In this document: one piece after another, positions 47,608 through 55,211 of the stretch
Layout of the letters: every line of letters starts with the position of its first letter
How positions within the stretch are numbered: the stretch's first letter is position 1
Source of the DNA: an uncultured Candidatus Saccharibacteria bacterium
GTDB lineage: Bacteria > Patescibacteriota > Saccharimonadia > Saccharimonadales > JAGQNK01
DNA: 64,000 bases
Direction: 5' to 3'
Assembly (NCBI GenBank): GCA_964636355.1
Contig: CAZWRG010000006.1
Location: 660 to 64,659 of the forward strand
Position numbers and translations under genes: made by a program
The notes under the pieces: model-generated
Seen by the model: the letters and a program-made list of their open reading frames with translations, nothing else
Databases searched by the model: none
Told to the model about the DNA's origin: nothing

Positions 47608-48120
47608 TTAAAGCGCGGCTTCTAAAGCTGCCCATTCGACGTTGCTGTCGTCTTCTGGAATGTTGACACTGACCTGATCGCCCGGCTTGGCTTTAAAGTA
47701 AGTTACGCTGGCAAGAAGAACTCGAAGATCTTTGCCGTTAACATTAACAAAATAATGACCGTTTTCTTGATTTAAGACTCCAACCACCTGTTTTCTTGGG
47801 ATTGGACCGATTTGCTTGTACATAAACGCGCCGTCATCAGCGATTGTAAGCTTCAAAATGTCACCCTGGACGAGTTTGGATTTGCTAGCGTAGTTAGCTG
47901 GCACTGGATAGGTTTTGCCATCCGATCCGACCATGTTTTGGCCATCAAAAACACCCTCGATAACTTTACCGAGGTTATCCTCAGTGAGCGAGGTTTGGGC
48001 GACTGATGTGTCTTCGCCAACAAGGCTAATTAGCAGCTCTTTGGCTGCCGCAAGACTTGTCTCTGATTCGGCAATCAGTGCCTTTAGTCTTTTGATTTGT
48101 TTATCTGGTACTTCCGCCAT
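47608..48120 (-). CDS. Hypothetical protein (170 aa)
   Basis: Clean ORF. N-terminal coiled coil followed by a beta-rich C-terminus. No family recognised. Confidence 0.5.
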   Translation of the reverse strand: MAEVPDKQIKRLKALIAESETSLAAAKELLISLVGEDTSVAQTSLTEDNLGKVIEGVFDGQNMVGSDGKTYPVPANYASKSKLVQGDILKLTIADDGAFMYKQIGPIPRKQVVGVLNQENGHYFVNVNGKDLRVLLASVTYFKAKPGDQVSVNIPEDDSNVEWAALEAAL

Positions 48121-48221
48121 CTCTATGGTCTCTCTAGTAAGTGTTTATGTTCAACTGCACTTACAGCTAACCGTATCATGATTAGCCGTCAAATGTCAAA
48201 GAATCTGAACAAATCTGTGGA

Positions 48222-48258
48222 TAAAACAAAGAATCGCCCCTGAAAAGAGACGATTCTT
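48222..48258 (-). terminator. Rho-independent terminator after rplL
   Basis: AAGAATCG (48229-48236) pairs with CGATTCTT (48251-48258). TTTGTTTT follows on the minus strand. Confidence 0.65.
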
Positions 48259-48276
48259 CCGAGTTTATTAAGCCAA

Positions 48277-48654
48277 TTAAGCTAGTTCGACTGTAGCGCC
48301 AGCTTCTTCTAAAGCTTTCTTAGCGTTCTCAGCGTCTTCTTTCTTAGCTTTTTCTAGAACTGGCTTTGGTGCGCCGTCTACAACAGCTTTTGCCTCGCCA
48401 AGTCCAAGACCAGTCAAGTCTTTGACAGCCTTAATAACAGCAACTTTCTGAGCACCGGCGTCTTTTAGGATAACGTCGTATTCACTCTTTTCGTCAGCGG
48501 CTGGAGCGTCGCCAGCAGCAGCTGGGCCAGCAACTACAGCAGCGGCTGCAGCTGGTTCAATGCCGTATTCATCTTTTAGGATGGTTTTTAGTTCGTTTAC
48601 TTCTAGAACTGTAAGTTTAGTCAGCTCTTCGGCTAGTTTCTTTACATCTGCCAT
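48277..48654 (-). CDS. rplL: 50S ribosomal protein L7/L12
   Basis: Alanine-rich hinge and C-terminal [24 protein letters not shown]. Confidence 0.95.
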   Translation of the reverse strand: MADVKKLAEELTKLTVLEVNELKTILKDEYGIEPAAAAAVVAGPAAAGDAPAADEKSEYDVILKDAGAQKVAVIKAVKDLTGLGLGEAKAVVDGAPKPVLEKAKKEDAENAKKALEEAGATVELA

Positions 48655-48765
48655 GTTATTTCTCCTTAGAATATTTAGTTAAAAGTTGATAAAGTTGAAA
48701 GTTCAAAAGTTTTAGCTGTAATAACTTATACTTTTTACTTTCTAACTTTTCACTCGTCTTGCGTC

Positions 48766-49290
48766 TTAGGCTGCGGCTTTAGCTTCTACGCCGTCAAGAA
48801 GTGCGTGCAAGTTGCCGGAAAGACCACTTGTTACATCGTTGACAGGTGAAAGCAATGTTGCAACCACTGAAGCGATGAGCTCATTCTTGCTTGGAAGCGC
48901 GGATAGAGCTTTCATTTCTTCAGCGCTGACAAACTTGCCTTCAGCGCTAATGCCACCAACAAACTGAATGGTTGGTTGGTCTTTAGCGAATTCTGCCAAG
49001 ACTTTGGCGGGTGCTACTTCGTCTTGGTTGTTGAATGCGTAGAGCAACATGCCGTTTAGCGCGCTGGTGTCGGCGCTCTTCAGGGTGTCGTTGCCTTGAA
49101 TGGCCTTGATGACCAATCGGTTTTTGACAACCTTTAAAACAGTGCCGTTGTCGCGTCCGCTGCGGCGCAGTGATTGCATCGCTTTTACAGGAGTACCCTG
49201 ATAAGCGGCCACAACAGTCATTTTTGAGTCGGCAAGCAAGCTGCTTACTTCATCGATGACTGCTTGTTTCTTGTCTTTAGTTAGTGCCAT
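48766..49290 (-). CDS. rplJ: 50S ribosomal protein L10
   Basis: 174 aa. KKQAVIDEV...VAAYQG...M..LR pattern. Lies upstream of rplL. Confidence 0.9.
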   Translation of the reverse strand: MALTKDKKQAVIDEVSSLLADSKMTVVAAYQGTPVKAMQSLRRSGRDNGTVLKVVKNRLVIKAIQGNDTLKSADTSALNGMLLYAFNNQDEVAPAKVLAEFAKDQPTIQFVGGISAEGKFVSAEEMKALSALPSKNELIASVVATLLSPVNDVTSGLSGNLHALLDGVEAKAAA

Positions 49291-49494
49291 TTATTGCCCT
49301 TCTTAAGAAATTTGAATTTCAATATCGACCTTATTGAAATTTTATCAATAAAAATTGACCTCCGTTACCAAAGGTCAATATGTGCTCACAAAACGTAAAA
49401 TGTATTGATCTAGCACCTCGGCGACACAATTAAGGATTACTCCAGTCGCTGTCTTTGGTAACAGATGGGAGTTTAGCAAACATTACGGCTAATG
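49291..49494 (-). promoter_or_regulatory. rplJ leader with terminator/antiterminator architecture (L10-leader-like)
   Basis: Terminator TTGACCT/AGGTCAA (49355-49378) followed by TTTTT on the minus strand. Its loop GTTACCAAA (49364-49372) is complementary to TTTGGTAAC (49454-49462) upstream. Confidence 0.5.
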
Positions 49495-49680
49495 TCAATC
49501 GGAGTATATCTCTTCTTGCTCAAAACATGCAGGGGCTGGTGGCTGGGAGCCATCTAATTCCATAGCGGTATTAGCTGATGTAGTCTCTAATCGATCCTGG
49601 GCTATTTCAAGCGCCAATTCGTTAGGTCTTTCAATGCGGCAACTTGGCCTCATTGGCTGACCTTCTGGTGTCCTGATCAT
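49495..49680 (-). CDS. Orphan small protein (61 aa)
   Basis: ATGA overlap with the upstream ORF 49677..50093. No family recognised. Confidence 0.35.
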   Translation of the reverse strand: MIRTPEGQPMRPSCRIERPNELALEIAQDRLETTSANTAMELDGSQPPAPACFEQEEIYSD

Positions 49681-50093
49681 GTCAATAACTCCTGTTGATA
49701 TTCTAATTTAATTTCTTCAGGCAAAATTATTTTACCCAGCACAAAACCTTCCTCAGCTTGACGGATATAGTTGAGCCCACTAACAGGTTCAACTTTGAAT
49801 GCAGACCTAACCACAAACGAAACAGCCTCCGACGGAGTTATGAGTTGGCTTGAATGAAGCGGCCTTACATCAGCCGTATTGTGGTTAGCCAGCCTTAACC
49901 GAAGCCACGGTTTATTGATATGCTGATTTGACTGGCGTGGGTACCAAACTTTCCAGTATGAAAATGGTTTAGCCAGGGGTTGCTCTGTGAGCTGCTGATC
50001 ATTAGTTCCCTGCTCAAAAAGCTCCCACATGGCGTCTCTATCGCTCGCTTCGTAAGATATTGTTGGTGGTGTATCGATTAGCTGCTTAGTCAT
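49677..50093 (-). CDS. Orphan protein (138 aa)
   Basis: Clean ORF in the orphan island. No SD. The ATG lies 6 nt after the terminator U-run. Confidence 0.45.
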   Translation of the reverse strand: MTKQLIDTPPTISYEASDRDAMWELFEQGTNDQQLTEQPLAKPFSYWKVWYPRQSNQHINKPWLRLRLANHNTADVRPLHSSQLITPSEAVSFVVRSAFKVEPVSGLNYIRQAEEGFVLGKIILPEEIKLEYQQELLT

Positions 50094-50098
50094 AGTAT

Positions 50099-50123
50099 TA
50101 AAAAAGACCCGGTTGGCGGGTCT
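50099..50123 (-). terminator. Internal terminator/attenuator within the orphan island
   Basis: AGACCCG (50105-50111) pairs with CGGGTCT (50117-50123). TTTTTT follows on the minus strand. Confidence 0.55.
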
Positions 50124-50149
50124 TTCAGAGATTACTTTACAAATATGTC

Positions 50150-50206
50150 TCAGTCCCGCTGGTGGCGAGTTTCAATAATCTTAATAATAATTGAAGTTAG
50201 AGACAT
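50150..50206 (-). CDS. Candidate micro-ORF (18 aa, MSLTSIIIKIIETRHQRD)
   Basis: AAAGGAGGA lies 9 nt upstream of the ATG at 50206. The stop is about 25 nt before the 50099-50123 terminator. Confidence 0.25.
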   Translation of the reverse strand: MSLTSIIIKIIETRHQRD

Positions 50207-50236
50207 GGTTCTATAATCCTCCTTTAGCGATGTTTG

Positions 50237-50467
50237 TCAAGTGTTTTTTGGGTCACATAGAAGCTCAGAGGTTATTACAACTTCTTTCTGGACCTCTGGC
50301 TGTGATGTATTGCTTTCTGGCGTGCCTATTTGGTCAGTACCGCGGGCGTGGCGAATAACTTCGCCGCCTGATTTTAGTCGTGAGATCTCTGCTCTGGACG
50401 CTCTCCAGGATTCATCGGATATTCCGTCTGGGCGGCTGATGCCAGTTGGTAATGGTTCAAATTCCAT
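50237..50467 (-). CDS. Orphan small protein (76 aa)
   Basis: Starts MEFE.. and contains AEISRL, like its upstream neighbour (MEFD.., AEISRH). This suggests weak paralogy. Confidence 0.4.
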   Translation of the reverse strand: MEFEPLPTGISRPDGISDESWRASRAEISRLKSGGEVIRHARGTDQIGTPESNTSQPEVQKEVVITSELLCDPKNT

Positions 50468-50493
50468 CGTTAATACTCCTTTGTTAATTTAAA

Positions 50494-50742
50494 TTAAGCT
50501 GGCAGGTTAGCCCGAAAATCATCTGTGCGGTGTCTTGATATCTCGGCAGCCTCTGACTGGCTTCCATGACTTACAGATTGTGTAACCTCCTCACCACTCA
50601 TTGACTCAACTATTGCTACTTCAGCAGCCTTACGTGATGTGGCTGATCCGAATAGCGGAACAGCTCGATCAAATCTAACTACATCTGGCGGCTGGACGCC
50701 ACCATCCTTATGACCATTAATCCCATAATCATCAAATTCCAT
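50494..50742 (-). CDS. Orphan small protein (82 aa)
   Basis: AAGAGGAGAG RBS 4 nt upstream of the ATG. First gene behind the structured leader. Confidence 0.4.
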   Translation of the reverse strand: MEFDDYGINGHKDGGVQPPDVVRFDRAVPLFGSATSRKAAEVAIVESMSGEEVTQSVSHGSQSEAAEISRHRTDDFRANLPA

Positions 50743-50890
50743 AAAACTCTCCTCTTAAGTTAAATAAAGACCTCTTGAAGAAGCCTGATTTTGGGGCTGT
50801 GCTAAAGCGATTTACGCTCAGGCTTCAACCATGATGAAGCACAGCCCTGTAAGGCTGAGGAGGAGTTGCTTCATCAAAAAAGTTTTCATG
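50743..50890 (-). promoter_or_regulatory. Structured 5' leader with anti-SD and mutually exclusive helices
   Basis: P1 is 50833-50841/50867-50875, with an inner hairpin at 50842-50846/50853-50857. P2 is 50780-50788/50818-50826. A 9-nt alternative pairing joins 50794-50802 to 50839-50847. CUCCUC in the P1 internal loop is complementary to the GAGGAG SD. Confidence 0.4.
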
Positions 50891-50896
50891 ACAATT

Positions 50897-50947
50897 AAGA
50901 TAGACTATTTTTATTGACTTGACAAGAACTTTTTTGACGAGTAAAGT
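50897..50947. promoter_or_regulatory. Back-to-back divergent sigma70-like promoters sharing one -35 region
   Basis: Plus strand: TTGACA (50919-50924), 17 nt, TAAAGT (50942-50947). Minus strand: TTGTCA (50925-50920), 17 nt, TATCTT (50902-50897). Confidence 0.45.
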
Positions 50948-50953
50948 CTATGT

Positions 50954-51129
50954 TCGTGAGATCATTATTCCAGATTATTACTATCAAGCACCTCTGCCGT
51001 CCATACGGTTTCGTGTTTGTGATGGCAAAATAACTCTGGAATCCGAGTCTTCACACCAATAAATTAAATCGAGAAACATCAAAAAACCGGATTCCAAAAC
51101 AAGGAAGCCGGTTTTTTTAAGGAAAAATT
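50954..51129 (+). promoter_or_regulatory. Riboswitch-like leader (P1 / antiterminator / terminator) upstream of 51130..51567
   Basis: P1 is ATTCCAGA (50967-50974) with TCTGGAAT (51035-51042). The antiterminator is GGAATCCG (51038-51045) with CGGATTCC (51088-51095). The terminator spans 51085-51118 and ends in TTTTTTT, just before the RBS. Confidence 0.45.
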
Positions 51130-51567
51130 ATGTCTGTAGAAGCAATCGAAGGTTTAACTAGTAGTGATCTCAGCGGCGTTGAGCTGGCTATAGCGCGTGA
51201 AGATTTCTGCTGCGCGGTTAGATCTGGCGCTACATTAGAACACAAAGAAAGAGCACTTGATGAGTTTGTTAAGGCGCTTGGCGGAGCCTTCTTTGGCCAA
51301 ACAAGGATTGTGGAGGTTGAAACTGTCGATAGAGCGGCGGAATTGTTAGAAGTTCAGCTTGGTTGTTTGGCAACTGCCGGTAGTTTGTCTTCGGCCGCTG
51401 AAAGTACCCCAGGTCAAATACCTGAATTTAATCTCGAATTAATTTCAGAACATATTGAAGCTAACATGAGCTTAGGTGCGACGTTGCCAGCATCTGTTGA
51501 TCTTGCGGTTCGCAACATTGCCGAGCCTTATATCTATACCCCAGATACATCAACAGCTGCAGTTTAA
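51130..51567 (+). CDS. Orphan acidic protein (145 aa)
   Basis: AAGGAAAAATT-ATG RBS. Only long ORF in this interval. Convergent with tmk-thyX. Confidence 0.45.
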   Translation: MSVEAIEGLTSSDLSGVELAIAREDFCCAVRSGATLEHKERALDEFVKALGGAFFGQTRIVEVETVDRAAELLEVQLGCLATAGSLSSAAESTPGQIPEFNLELISEHIEANMSLGATLPASVDLAVRNIAEPYIYTPDTSTAAV

Positions 51568-51568
51568 T

Positions 51569-53917
51569 CTAAGATTTTTTGTCGAGTTGTTGGAGCTTAA
51601 ACTGAGTGGCCCGCTCGGCCGCCAAACGGGTTAGCTCCGGATCTTCGCCCTGGTTGACAAACTTCATGGCTTCTCCGAGCATCGGGTGAACCTCAGATAG
51701 TTTTTTATGCATTTCAAGCACTAGTTTTCGATATCCTGGATGGCCTTGAGGGCTGGTTCTAAGCTCATGAAGATGAAACGCCGCGCGGGCATTGTATGTG
51801 ACTTTCCAGCGCATTCGGTGGCCAAGCAAGGTGGCGTACTGAGCTTCGTACTCGTAACCGCGTGATTGAAGCTTGGAATAGAGCTCGGCTGATACATCAA
51901 AGCATTTTTCAAACAGATCTGATAAACCGGCTTCTTCTACCAAATCGGGAATTTCATAGCCATATCTTGGGGTTAGAGCTTGCCATTCCAGATCGTCAAC
52001 CATTCTATGCCGTTGCAGGTCACGGAAAATTCCATAATCACAAATTAAGTCCCAGCTGTAATGGGCGATTTCCAGTGCTCGGCCCGGGCGATGACGGCGA
52101 TTTAATCTTTCGCCGATATAAGCTTGGAAAACCTCTTGTTTTTGCTTGATTGGCCAGTCGGACACCTCATTTTGAATCTCTTGAAGCGACAAATTACTGG
52201 ATTCATAAAGCATGTGCGGAACCAGGTCGAGTTCGTTTCGCGGCCAAACATTCCTAAGAGCCACAGCCGTCTGATCAGTGCTGTGAATATCTGGTAAATA
52301 TTTTTCAGTTAGTTTTTTGATCTGTTGTTTAGTGTTTGCCAGATAGGCAGTCGTCGCGCCGCCGCGGTCTGGCTTGTCAGCTCTTTCTAGGAAGGTTGGA
52401 ATAATCTTCCGGGCTTCGGCAAGCAACGCATCGCCAGTTTGCTGTGCCTCCAGACTTTCGCTGGCTCTCAGCCGCATAATCATGCTTTCGAGCGCTTGAC
52501 CGCTGGCAAAAATACCAACCGTAGATTTTGTCGCCACTGGCAAGACCGGTCGTATAGCATCACAAGCCTGAGCTCTAATAGCACTTCGCCAAGCACCGTC
52601 TTGTTCTGATTTAGGAGTTGAAGAGTTGCTAGTTAGATAGGCCGTAAGCTCATGAACCATCGCTGAATAGCCCTCAAAAATTGTGTCCATGGCGTGGTTG
52701 TAGAGTTTTGTAGTAGGAGCATCAAAGTTCTTGGGCGTGAAATATTTATATTTCCCGGACTCGTCTTTTTGATCAAAATAAATATAGCGAGTTGATTGTT
52801 CCAAATAGGAAGCCAGCCGCCCCCATTCAAGTTGTTTGGTGAGCAAATTGCTGGCGTTTTCAACCACCAAATGCTGTCCAACCAATTGCTGTACTGAATC
52901 ATCGCCGTAAGCAGTAATTACTCTTTGCAGCAAACCTTCGTCCTTGCCGGCTGAAGCAGCAAATTCATCCAGGATAGTGATTCTCATGTCATCACCGCGC
53001 CGGCTAAGGCGAGCCATGGCTGCAGCGATTGTAAGAGTGCTCATTTTATCTGTAAAAGCATAAACATCGTTGTCTGAATTTGTGACTGCGGCGTCTAGGA
53101 ATGCATTGCCCTCGTCAGTTATTTCCCAGCCCTCGTCAGTTTTTTTAACAAATGGATTTGTTGTATCACGCTTCACAAAGTTTCCTTTCTGGGGCTGGTC
53201 TTTAGTATTGATCTTGGGCAGTAGTGGCTGCAGCGATTTCCATAAATGATCAGAAATTTGCTCGATACTCATTAACTTTTTATCACGAACACAATCAATT
53301 CGCATGAAATCTTTTGGGAATAATTGACACAAATCATCATAAACTTCGACTGATTTTTTGAGGTGATTAAGGTCTGCTTCGTGAATATCACGCTTTTTAT
53401 CGGTGTAGCTGCGCGCATCTTTTTGATCGACCAGCTGTTGAGCAATCTCGGCCGGCACCCGTAGAACAATGCTTTTATCTGGCCGGGGGATTTTAAGCAT
53501 TTCAAACTCTAAATTATCAAGCCAAATAAAATACCCGCGGCGTTCTTCTGGATGATTAAACTTTGTTCCCTGATGGGCCATGTTTGAGCCAGTAAATCGA
53601 TTGGCCAAAACAACTTTACCTGCCTCCAATGCTTGCCGGATTTTAGGCGCTGCTTCAAATCTATCAAGCGCGTAAAAAAGAGATCCGGTATACGGCCCAA
53701 CCTCATCGGCAGTTCCGTATTTGCCATTTAAATATTGTTTTACAAAATAGCTTGAGTCATTTTCGTATTGCGGAAAGTCAAAAAGCTCAACCTCATGACC
53801 GGCGTCAACTAGCCTCTCGGCCAATTTTTGAAACTGAGTTCCCTTGCCGGACCCATCAGTGCCTTCTATGACAATAAATGCTCCCTGTTTGGGCTGCGAT
53901 TTCTTGCGACCGATCAT
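51569..53917 (-). CDS. Fusion protein: thymidylate kinase (N-terminal) plus tandem ThyX-like FAD-dependent thymidylate synthase domains
   Basis: FIVIEGTDGSGKGTQ P-loop in residues 1 to about 215. A first ThyX-like half has a degenerate motif (WGRLASYLEQSTRY). A second half has the canonical RHRM...TPRY. Confidence 0.8.
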   Translation of the reverse strand: MIGRKKSQPKQGAFIVIEGTDGSGKGTQFQKLAERLVDAGHEVELFDFPQYENDSSYFVKQYLNGKYGTADEVGPYTGSLFYALDRFEAAPKIRQALEAGKVVLANRFTGSNMAHQGTKFNHPEERRGYFIWLDNLEFEMLKIPRPDKSIVLRVPAEIAQQLVDQKDARSYTDKKRDIHEADLNHLKKSVEVYDDLCQLFPKDFMRIDCVRDKKLMSIEQISDHLWKSLQPLLPKINTKDQPQKGNFVKRDTTNPFVKKTDEGWEITDEGNAFLDAAVTNSDNDVYAFTDKMSTLTIAAAMARLSRRGDDMRITILDEFAASAGKDEGLLQRVITAYGDDSVQQLVGQHLVVENASNLLTKQLEWGRLASYLEQSTRYIYFDQKDESGKYKYFTPKNFDAPTTKLYNHAMDTIFEGYSAMVHELTAYLTSNSSTPKSEQDGAWRSAIRAQACDAIRPVLPVATKSTVGIFASGQALESMIMRLRASESLEAQQTGDALLAEARKIIPTFLERADKPDRGGATTAYLANTKQQIKKLTEKYLPDIHSTDQTAVALRNVWPRNELDLVPHMLYESSNLSLQEIQNEVSDWPIKQKQEVFQAYIGERLNRRHRPGRALEIAHYSWDLICDYGIFRDLQRHRMVDDLEWQALTPRYGYEIPDLVEEAGLSDLFEKCFDVSAELYSKLQSRGYEYEAQYATLLGHRMRWKVTYNARAAFHLHELRTSPQGHPGYRKLVLEMHKKLSEVHPMLGEAMKFVNQGEDPELTRLAAERATQFKLQQLDKKS

Positions 53918-54627
53918 AACGCTTTTAAACCTTTAATTTCCTCAGGGAGCCGACGGCTGTCTTTGTAGGCTTTGGGCAGCATTTGGTCGGGCGTCCAGTT
54001 TTTAATAAGTTCATCCAGGTCAGTGCCGGATTGATATTTACCGCTAAAACCTTGATCGCGACCAGCGCCGTAGTTGCCATCAACTTCGCCGGTTTCATGA
54101 AAAATTATCTGAGCGATTCGTTCGCCGACTGGCAACAACACCGTTTCATGCTCATTTAAATTGTAAATTTCGAGCGTTAGGCGGTTAATGTAACCTGGAT
54201 CAATCCAACCGGCGTCAAAACAGACAGCTACGCCATTTCTTCCCCAACTGGAGCGAGATTTTACCTCTGCAGCGCCGGGCGGTTTAATGCCAAAAAATTC
54301 ATGGGTATGGGCCAGGATGCGCTCGCCTGGCTTTAATGGAATTACTGGGTGATCTTCGGGGATGCCTTCGAGTAACTGAACGCCATTTGCATCGCACCAT
54401 TCTTTGTGCGGTACAGCAGTGTGAACCTCTGCAAAATAGCGGTCAACATCTGCTTTTGAAAAAGGGTTGTAAACATAACCGCGGTTGGCTTGCCCAGTTC
54501 GGTAAAAATAATGACCCAAGGTGACGTCCAAACTGGCGTGGCTGACTTGTTTTGGATAAAACGGTCGGCAAACAATGTGCTCTTCTTTTAGCGCATTGAG
54601 TATTTGAGTGTTGCTGTAAACTCCCAC
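53914..54627 (-). CDS. dcd: dCTP deaminase (dUTPase superfamily)
   Basis: SHASLDVTLG and AGWIDPGYINRLTLEIYN motifs. 4-nt overlap with the tmk-thyX start. Confidence 0.8.
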   Translation of the reverse strand: MGVYSNTQILNALKEEHIVCRPFYPKQVSHASLDVTLGHYFYRTGQANRGYVYNPFSKADVDRYFAEVHTAVPHKEWCDANGVQLLEGIPEDHPVIPLKPGERILAHTHEFFGIKPPGAAEVKSRSSWGRNGVAVCFDAGWIDPGYINRLTLEIYNLNEHETVLLPVGERIAQIIFHETGEVDGNYGAGRDQGFSGKYQSGTDLDELIKNWTPDQMLPKAYKDSRRLPEEIKGLKAL

Positions 54628-54712
54628 GATTTTCCCTCTCTTGTTTTAATACATTGTACGGGGCTGCAAGACAGTTATGCAAGCATAAGCACAAAATTAC
54701 AACTATATGTTG

Positions 54713-55141
54713 TTAGCGGGTAAATAATAAGAATGGTTTTCGGGAGTAAACAATTAGTTTTTTGCGTTTGCCGTCGGTTTTTATTAAGTGAGTGTGCTGA
54801 TGCGTGATGGTCTTGGTGACTGATTGTGGCGGTCTGGCATAAACACTGTAGCCCCGCTCCTCATATTTGCCGATGTAATCCAAAAACTCTTTAGCGGCCG
54901 CGACCGGGAGCTTACTGATGCTATCGATGTGATCTTTGGGTACTAGCATGACTTGGTGCTGAACCGCCTGTTCGTCCCAATATGAATAGTGAAAACGATT
55001 AGTAATAATTTTGAAATACTGGCCTTCTTCGATAAACTCGTCGTGTCCAGGAGTGATTTTGCAGAAATTACAAACGTCCGATGGCTGACGCTTTTTTAAT
55101 TTCCGGTATTGTTTTTCTTCTCTGCGTTTTCTGGTCGTCAT
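54713..55141 (-). CDS. HIT family protein
   Basis: Histidine triad HQHTHLI. ATG at 55141 lies 6 nt after TATAAT (leaderless type). The longer track ORF would overlap rplA and its terminator. Confidence 0.7.
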   Translation of the reverse strand: MTTRKRREEKQYRKLKKRQPSDVCNFCKITPGHDEFIEEGQYFKIITNRFHYSYWDEQAVQHQVMLVPKDHIDSISKLPVAAAKEFLDYIGKYEERGYSVYARPPQSVTKTITHQHTHLIKTDGKRKKLIVYSRKPFLLFTR

Positions 55142-55167
55142 TTTTATATTATACGCCCCTTTGCAAT

Positions 55168-55205
55168 TAAAAAAGCAGCCCTTAGAGGGTAATCTAAGGG
55201 CTGCT
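55168..55205 (-). terminator. Strong rho-independent terminator after rplA
   Basis: A 12-bp stem, AGCAGCCCTTAG (55174-55185) with CTAAGGGCTGCT (55194-55205). TTTTTT follows on the minus strand. Confidence 0.8.
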
Positions 55206-55211
55206 TTATAT

